Origin: Patescibacteria group bacterium
GTDB taxonomy: Bacteria; Patescibacteriota; Patescibacteriia; SBBC01; CAIJZX01
Assembly: GCA_038065275.1 (NCBI GenBank)
Contig: JBBTRH010000007.1
Span: 2,873 to 66,872 of the forward strand
Direction: 5' to 3'
Length of the DNA stretch: 64,000 nt
Below, one piece after another: positions 58,352-64,000 of this stretch (position 1 is the stretch's first letter; the number at the start of each line of letters is the position of its first letter). The translations under genes and the position numbers were made by a program. Below the pieces are notes generated by a model that saw nothing but the letters and a program-made list of their open reading frames with translations, was not told the DNA's origin and did no database searches.

Positions 58352-58440
58352 TCATAAAATCCTACAACTTACACCTTACAACCTAAACCCTACAACCTAT
58401 ATCCTACAAACCACAACTTACAATTTTAATCCTACAACCT
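58352..58440. repeat. Tandem ~14-bp repeat array (TAAATCCTACAACC-like)
   Basis: About 7 degenerate units of YYTACAAC spaced 13-15 bp, immediately 3' of the four-helix-bundle gene. An inverted partial copy (GTTGTAGGATTTAGGATTTAAG…) lies at about 58280-58320. Confidence 0.7.
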
Positions 58441-58785
58441 CTCCAACGCTTGCTCAAGCCGAAAAAGCATCCTCGAACATACCTCAAAGTCGTTGTAGAA
58501 CTGAATAAAGTCTTTCTTCGGGACATAACCTTTGTTGAACGCTATGCGTAGATGGTGTTTCGTCTCTCGTGTTTCACCCTGGGCGCGACTGATGCATTCC
58601 GTATAGATATTGGTGTGCTTATTGCCGAATCCCTCGGCCAGGTTGGCCGCCACCGAATTTGACGATCGTCGCAGTTGTGAACCCAGTTCATACACTTCAA
58701 ATTTCGGAAACGTCATCGTTAAGTCATGCACCCGTATCACCAAATCAACGAGCCTCCGATAAACCTCTAAATCCTCAACTCTCAT
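58432..58785 (-). CDS. Four-helix-bundle protein (23S rRNA IVS protein / Avd-like family), second copy in this window
   Basis: 117 aa: …FPKFEVYELGSQLRRSSNSVAANLAEGFG…FIQFYNDFEVCSRMLFRLEQ. It is flanked on both sides by 14-bp tandem repeat arrays. Confidence 0.7.
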   Translation of the reverse strand: MRVEDLEVYRRLVDLVIRVHDLTMTFPKFEVYELGSQLRRSSNSVAANLAEGFGNKHTNIYTECISRAQGETRETKHHLRIAFNKGYVPKKDFIQFYNDFEVCSRMLFRLEQALERL

Positions 58786-58789
58786 GTCA

Positions 58790-58848
58790 TAGTATCCTTC
58801 AACCTAAATCCTACAACCTCAATCTTACAACTTAAATCCTACAACGTT
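58790..58848. repeat. Tandem ~14-bp repeat array (TAAATCCTACAACC-like), upstream copy
   Basis: CCTTCAACCTAAATCCTACAACCTCAATCTTACAACTTAAATCCTACAACG. The last unit overlaps the stop codon of the metalloprotease gene. Confidence 0.7.
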
Positions 58849-59990
58849 CTTCCCCCACCGATCGGCAACGGTTTGGCCGTCCGTGGAAAGTCTACTCTGA
58901 CTGTCAGCTTCTCCGGCGTCGCATCTAGGGTGGTCAAACGCACGCCGGACTGAAGATCAGTGAAGCTCGCGCCGAGTCGCAGGATATTCACGCGGACATA
59001 GGCCGGCGGCGTTGGATCAACAAGAAAGGTTTTTCCGCCGTCACCGCTAATGTGTAGCAAGGCACCGGAAAATACCGCCGGGTCATCCAAACTAAGGTCA
59101 TATCCGATGGGCTGGCGATACTCGACCGACAATACTGTCCCGTCACCGCGCGATATGTTCAGCGCCTTCACGCCGGGGGACAACGATTCAAGTGGTAACA
59201 GGTTGTAGGTGCCGGAAACTGGAGCCGTCAACACATCGCCTTCGTTAAGCCACCCCAATTGTTGTTTGTGCAATGCGTCAAAGTGTCCGCCCATCGTCTC
59301 GTAGGCGCCGCCCATCAGATCAAAGTGATCGCCGTATTCCCAGACCGGACACTGCGAAACAGTCATCACCGCCAGGTCGCAGTTGAGCAACCCGGCGTGG
59401 TGAAGCCCCAGACCATGCCCTAACTCATGAGCCAAGCTGTAGAGGGTCGCGGCGCTGGCGCGGATGACGGCCCGACTGCCGGTCACCGTCCCGTCAGGGG
59501 TTAGGAAGGGTGTAGCGCCGATAAGCGATGCGCCATCACCGCAAGTGGCATTCGTATATGGCGCAACAACGATGAAATGCTGGTAGTCGAGAAAGTGAAC
59601 GTTGGCGCCGCTGGTAGCCAGAGCATTGACCGCCGTCAGGATCAGGTCTCTGATGGCGCACGTCGAGTCGATCGGCAACTGGTACCAGCCGTGGACTTCG
59701 CCGTCAAGCTGGAAACGGCCGTAAGAATTCTCGCGGTAGTATCCGCTGACGCTCGGCACTGAACTGCCGAACATCAGCGTCTGGATCGAGGTCTGATCAA
59801 TTCCCGTCGGCGGCGTTTGGCCGGCAAAGTACGTTAGCATCACCAGGGCACGGTGCGTCGCAACGCCAGCGGTAAACCCATCGTCCCCTGAGCCATCAAT
59901 GACCAGCGCCTCGGCCCTGAAGACCGGCGTGGGCCAGAGTAAGAGCAGAACGATGGCCGGAACCGCCAGGCATCGTTTAGCCGGGTTCAT
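58839..59990 (-). CDS. Secreted zinc metalloprotease (zincin HExxH…H)
   Basis: Signal peptide; LAHELGHGLGLHH zinc-binding motif. Confidence 0.75.
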   Translation of the reverse strand: MNPAKRCLAVPAIVLLLLWPTPVFRAEALVIDGSGDDGFTAGVATHRALVMLTYFAGQTPPTGIDQTSIQTLMFGSSVPSVSGYYRENSYGRFQLDGEVHGWYQLPIDSTCAIRDLILTAVNALATSGANVHFLDYQHFIVVAPYTNATCGDGASLIGATPFLTPDGTVTGSRAVIRASAATLYSLAHELGHGLGLHHAGLLNCDLAVMTVSQCPVWEYGDHFDLMGGAYETMGGHFDALHKQQLGWLNEGDVLTAPVSGTYNLLPLESLSPGVKALNISRGDGTVLSVEYRQPIGYDLSLDDPAVFSGALLHISGDGGKTFLVDPTPPAYVRVNILRLGASFTDLQSGVRLTTLDATPEKLTVRVDFPRTAKPLPIGGGRTL

Positions 59991-62157
59991 GGGGGCGGCC
60001 GCGTCCTTTCCGCCAAGCCACCCAGGCCGGTTTCGCCCCGGCCCCTAACCCCCCGAGCGCCGCCAACGCCCAGTACCACAGCGTCTGGTTCCGCGATGCC
60101 GCCGGCGCGGTCATCGTTGGCGCGGGCGCGACCGTGGCCGCCCCGAGCACGCGTTCAACGCGGAGATCGTTCTGCATCCGCGGCAGGATCCGCACGCCGC
60201 TGGTCGACACGCCGACCACGCCAACCGCATCAACCGTATCACCGGCTTTAACTTTCGGCCGGACAATGCCGGTCGACGACTTCAGGTACAGCGATACCGG
60301 CCCGCTGCCGTCGTCGATTTCGATCCGGTTGCCGCTGGCTAAACTGACCACCCCTTTGACGTGGACCAGTTGATCGGCTTGGTCCGGCCCGACCTCATCG
60401 GTCGTCACCGTCGGCGGAGTCGGGACCGCCGGAGCGGAGGTTAGGATGCGCAAGCTGTGGGCGGCGACGCTGACGTACCGCCGGCCGTTCTTCAGCCGGA
60501 CGGTGCCGGTCGCTTCGACCTCCTGCCCAAGCTGAATGCTCTTTTCACCGTTGGGAATGGCCAGGCTCACTCCGCCGGCGTCGCTTTGGACATAGGCCAG
60601 CGTTGCCCCGAGCGCGTCGCGCGGCACGGTGACGATGCCGCTGACTATCACCCGATCACCCGAGTCAAGCTCTTGCACCTGGGTCAATGATACCCGTTCG
60701 GCCGGCGGTTCGGTTGACGCCGTTTTCTTAGTGCTGATCGTTTTCTTTTTCGTCGCGGCACCCTTGGTCGCGCTTGAAGCGCTTTTCGGCGCGCTCGACT
60801 TATCCACGGCCACATTCGCCAGAACGTTGATCGCGCCCGGGGTTGGTTTGCCTGTCCACGACCAGGCGTCGCCGAACCGCGCCCACGTTTTTCCTTCGGC
60901 CGCGGCGCCGTAAGTCGCCCGATCAAGTTCCGCGCCGTCGCTGTCGACGAATCGCACCGTCGCGCCGCCGTTATTCAAAGTCAGATGCGTTTCCGATTTC
61001 GGCAACAATAGCCGCGCGCCGCGCGCCACTGTTTTCCCCGCCGGTATTTTGTACGACCGCGTGGCCGTAGTGAATACCGCGCACGCGCCGGTGGTGACCT
61101 CTTCATCGCCGTCATTAACCAATTCGATAAATTCGCCGCTATCGACGCCGGGCGGGTTCGGATACAGCTCTGAAATATGCAACTCAAGACACGAAGTGGC
61201 CGGGGCCGTCGCCGCTGTTTTCCCCGCCTCTGCTGGGGAGAGGTTAGGGGCGGTGGGAGTCGGGGACGGTGCGGCAACGGGCGTGGCCGGAGTATTTTCG
61301 ATCGTCGCTTTGGCCGTGTCGCTGGCCGAATCACTCCCGTCGTTTACCGCCAGGGTCACTGCATACGCGCCCGCCGCCGCGTAGATGTGCTTCGGGGTAG
61401 CTTCAGTGCTGGACACCCCATCACCGAACGACCAGGCATAGGTCAACGGCTGGCCTTCCGGGTCGGACGAATCACTGCCGTCGAAGTTCAGCTCCTGGCC
61501 GACGGTTCCGGTTTGATCCGGACCGGCATGGGCGGCCGGCAGGCCATTGGAATTGACACTGCCCGGCGTGCCGAGCTCGACGGCGGACGGTTTGAATCCG
61601 AGACCTCGGCTGGCCGCGTGCCAATTCGAGGCTTGCGTACCGTCGCCGGGTACGGGATTGCGTTCCATGCTGGCGTACAGCTTTTTAGCGCTGTCATAGG
61701 CGCCGGATAACGGGTTGCCGACGCCGTCATCGACCGTATCAACGAGCGTTTTCGCCGCATCGTAGAGTTTAATCTGCAAGGCGGTGTTGCTCAACGCGAC
61801 GTCGGTCGTGACGTAATCGGGAACGACGCTAAGGACCGAGTTGGCGCTGGTGACGGCGTAGTTGCTGATCAGGAATATACCCCCCGGGGGTATATTTTTC
61901 CCGGCGGGAATAGCCAGCATCGGCGCTTCAGCCCCGCCGCTCTTCTTCGTTAGCGTCCAATTCGAGAGATCGACCGGCTGATCAGTGACATTGCGAAGTT
62001 CAATCCACTCATCCGCCGACGAGGCCGACGACCCCATCCACATCAGCTCGTTGATGACGACCGTCGGTCCGTCGGCCTGGACGCGGCCGGAACCAAGCCC
62101 GGCCGGCATGGCCAGGGCGCTGAAAACCGCGATAATACTGAGAATTCTGGATAGCAT
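59977..62157 (-). CDS. Cell-surface protein with two lamin-tail domains and a PKD domain
   Basis: Signal peptide. LTD motifs (VINELMWMGS…DEWIELRN…DLSNWTL; ISELYPNPPG…EFIELVN). PKD (LNFDGSDSSDPEGQPLTYAWSFGDG). Pro/Thr linkers and a C-terminal TM anchor plus basic tail. Confidence 0.75.
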   Translation of the reverse strand: MLSRILSIIAVFSALAMPAGLGSGRVQADGPTVVINELMWMGSSASSADEWIELRNVTDQPVDLSNWTLTKKSGGAEAPMLAIPAGKNIPPGGIFLISNYAVTSANSVLSVVPDYVTTDVALSNTALQIKLYDAAKTLVDTVDDGVGNPLSGAYDSAKKLYASMERNPVPGDGTQASNWHAASRGLGFKPSAVELGTPGSVNSNGLPAAHAGPDQTGTVGQELNFDGSDSSDPEGQPLTYAWSFGDGVSSTEATPKHIYAAAGAYAVTLAVNDGSDSASDTAKATIENTPATPVAAPSPTPTAPNLSPAEAGKTAATAPATSCLELHISELYPNPPGVDSGEFIELVNDGDEEVTTGACAVFTTATRSYKIPAGKTVARGARLLLPKSETHLTLNNGGATVRFVDSDGAELDRATYGAAAEGKTWARFGDAWSWTGKPTPGAINVLANVAVDKSSAPKSASSATKGAATKKKTISTKKTASTEPPAERVSLTQVQELDSGDRVIVSGIVTVPRDALGATLAYVQSDAGGVSLAIPNGEKSIQLGQEVEATGTVRLKNGRRYVSVAAHSLRILTSAPAVPTPPTVTTDEVGPDQADQLVHVKGVVSLASGNRIEIDDGSGPVSLYLKSSTGIVRPKVKAGDTVDAVGVVGVSTSGVRILPRMQNDLRVERVLGAATVAPAPTMTAPAASRNQTLWYWALAALGGLGAGAKPAWVAWRKGRGRPHEPG

Positions 62158-62541
62158 TTTGGTGACTCCTTTCCTAGGGAGCCACCAAAATTTGTCTATG
62201 TGGACAGTATACCCCAGCGCCGGAAAACGTCAAGTGGCACCGTGAGTCCCGTCCCAGTGGTGCCGCTAGTCGCCGCCCCTCCAACGGCGAGCAGGCCGGG
62301 CGCGCCTTGGAGTTTACCCCGCACCAGAATGGTGCGGGGACGATTTTCCCGCCACCTAAATCCAGGTGATTATGTGGGCGGGATCCCGCTTCGCGGGATA
62401 ATCCTTCGACTCGCTCCGCTCGCTCAGGACACGGTTTTTCTACGGATTCCGAATTAGTACAGATTCGGAATTCGTAGGTAAAGTCTATTCGACTTTACCT
62501 TCCTGTGGTGAGCCGGGCCGAACCATGACGGCAAATTCCTA

Positions 62542-63285
62542 TTATAATTTTCGAGCTAATTCTTTATATGCTGTAATGATATATGGCATTTGAGGAATGA
62601 TAGTTTTAATATCAACATCGACAAGAGGATTGTGTGCAGATACATCTCCAAGAAATTTTATTCCTTTAATTTCTCGTGCAGTTTTGGAAGTAAGAAAGGG
62701 CGCTCCATGGATCTTTTCAGAAGAAGCACTGTTTATCATTGTTTCCAATCCTACCAAACCACCGGGCTTGGTACGGTCTTCTAATTTTGATCCGAGACGG
62801 TTTCTGTTGAATGAAATATAAATCAACTTCTCTAAAACTTTACGAAGCAGAAAGGCAGTACAGTTACCGCTCTTCCCAAAGTTTAACTGCAAATCTTCAA
62901 GTTCAACATTGAAATTCCTTTTCAATTTTTTTACAAGTGACTCAGAAAATAATTCACTTTCTGCGGTAACAGCTTTGCTTCCGCCGGCTGCCAATTTTAA
63001 GGCTTTGGCGCGGAGAACACTTGAAAGAACCCATAGATTGCCAATCAAGCCCTCTTTCTTGATAGCTTGGATAATTCCCTCCATCATGAATTTCTGCATG
63101 TATGTCTGCACATGATTGGGCTTCAATTTTTTCCCAAATCTTTCCTTCACTCTTAGGATAAGTGCCGGGCTAGTAACTGGGGTATCAAAAAATCCTTCGA
63201 GAATAAGAGTTCTAATAAATTCGTGTTTACCCTTTGCCCGTAAAGAAAGTTTTTTAGCCCTTTCTTTTAGTGCTTTTGCCGTCAT
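62542..63285 (-). CDS. Hypothetical protein in a low-GC block
   Basis: 247 aa, lysine-rich; about 40% GC against about 60% upstream. Confidence 0.45.
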   Translation of the reverse strand: MTAKALKERAKKLSLRAKGKHEFIRTLILEGFFDTPVTSPALILRVKERFGKKLKPNHVQTYMQKFMMEGIIQAIKKEGLIGNLWVLSSVLRAKALKLAAGGSKAVTAESELFSESLVKKLKRNFNVELEDLQLNFGKSGNCTAFLLRKVLEKLIYISFNRNRLGSKLEDRTKPGGLVGLETMINSASSEKIHGAPFLTSKTAREIKGIKFLGDVSAHNPLVDVDIKTIIPQMPYIITAYKELARKL

Positions 63286-63294
63286 ATTTGCTTG

Positions 63295-63645
63295 TCATTT
63301 ACGTACAACATATTTCCAATTCTTATCGTCCTTGTCGCGAAAACGCGTTAAAACTCTTTCGCGTACTAAATTCAACAGCCCCATCGATATTGTAGATCTT
63401 GAATAATGCCTTCCTTCTTGCCGCAGAAATTCAATAATTTCTGTCAATTGTTTTGGTGAGTCAATTTTTCCTTCTTCAACCAGCAGGCGAATTCCGCCGG
63501 TAGCGCCGGACATATCTTTATTCTGTGATTTAGGAGTTTTGTGTACCCCTACTGATCTGTGAGTAGCAGGCACACCCGCAAGCGATGCAAGCTCTATTAC
63601 CAGAGTGTTAATTTGTTTAGCAATTATTTGTGGGTCTTTTTTCAT
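63295..63645 (-). CDS. Hypothetical winged-helix-like small protein
   Basis: 116 aa; paralogous to the next ORF (…QLTEIIEFLRQEGRHYSRSTISMGLLNLV…). Confidence 0.4.
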   Translation of the reverse strand: MKKDPQIIAKQINTLVIELASLAGVPATHRSVGVHKTPKSQNKDMSGATGGIRLLVEEGKIDSPKQLTEIIEFLRQEGRHYSRSTISMGLLNLVRERVLTRFRDKDDKNWKYVVRK

Positions 63646-63659
63646 ATAATTTTTTAAAA

Positions 63660-63971
63660 TTAACGTTGACGATACCTAAATGGGCCCTTTCCATCGGCAG
63701 CTTCGTTACGCCCAATAATCTTTTTTCTGATTAGGAGTAAAAGCGGTTTCATTAGTGACGTTGTTGGTTTGTTAACACCTTCGAGTCGGAGCTTCTTCTG
63801 GATTTCAGAGATAGTGCGCGGCTCTTTGAAAAATCCGTCCTGAACCAGATCGAATATTTCGCCGGTAAGACCGGAGAATTCCTGCCCGGCATTTTTTTCT
63901 TTTGTTGCCCTTTTAATTTTCGGGGCATTGCCCCCCAGAGAAGATTTAAGTTCTAATAAAAGTGCCTCCAT
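63660..63971 (-). CDS. Hypothetical winged-helix-like small protein
   Basis: 103 aa (…RTISEIQKKLRLEGVNKPTTSLMKPLLLLI…); low GC. Confidence 0.4.
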   Translation of the reverse strand: MEALLLELKSSLGGNAPKIKRATKEKNAGQEFSGLTGEIFDLVQDGFFKEPRTISEIQKKLRLEGVNKPTTSLMKPLLLLIRKKIIGRNEAADGKGPFRYRQR

Positions 63972-64000
63972 TTTTGCTATGATTTCGACGTTTCTGTCCA

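Noticed and set aside
58352-58848. CRISPR array
   Set aside because: Units are only 13-15 bp, contiguous and without unique spacers, and no cas genes are nearby. Classified as a microsatellite-like tandem repeat.

Overview
This is a 64 kb bacterial chromosomal segment with about 58-60% GC and lower-GC insertions, densely packed with housekeeping genes on both strands. Recognised genes are lgt, glyA, folD, ychF, rpsF, ssb, rpsR, efp, recA, ftsK, rpoB, rpoC, recQ, a murE-like ligase, ruvA, uvrB, rpsT, holA, polA and a tRNA-Arg(CCG).

The outstanding feature is a complete diversity-generating retroelement (DGR) at about 40.7-46.1 kb. It consists of a reverse transcriptase with the DGR-type motif GIPLGNLTSQVFANIYL and YNDD, an Avd-like four-helix-bundle gene, a 124-bp template repeat (TR, 42176-42299) and a cognate variable repeat (VR, 43472-43595). 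The VR forms the last 41 codons of a 893-aa AAA+ ATPase. TR and VR differ at 18 positions, 17 of them at TR adenines. An AbiEii-like nucleotidyltransferase pair sits between TR and VR, and a large vWA + transglutaminase-like protein lies immediately downstream of the RT.

The intergenic space is unusually rich in small repeated palindromic elements:
- Seven copies of a 70-110 bp hairpin element with CCCGTTAGA / TCTAACGGG arms, several abutting start codons.
- A roughly 180-bp MITE-like family with 17-bp terminal inverted repeats (3 full copies plus 1 fragment).
- A GC-rich, structured 129-nt repeat (2 copies plus a divergent relative).
- A CCCAGCACCACA inverted-repeat element (2 copies).
- GCTAAC/GTTAGC tracts in front of rpsR and rpoC.
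- A perfect 60-bp tandem duplication.
- 14-bp tandem arrays flanking a second four-helix-bundle gene.

There are also a candidate small RNA with a consensus sigma70 promoter and an intrinsic terminator (32081-32219, minus strand), a tandem array of four small paralogous genes, and a second candidate structured RNA (54141-54438). The last 1.8 kb is a low-GC block of unknown genes. Coordinates for repeats and RNA elements are counted by eye and may be off by 1-2 bp. CDS coordinates follow the ORF track, with start codons re-chosen where motifs or ribosome-binding sites indicated.
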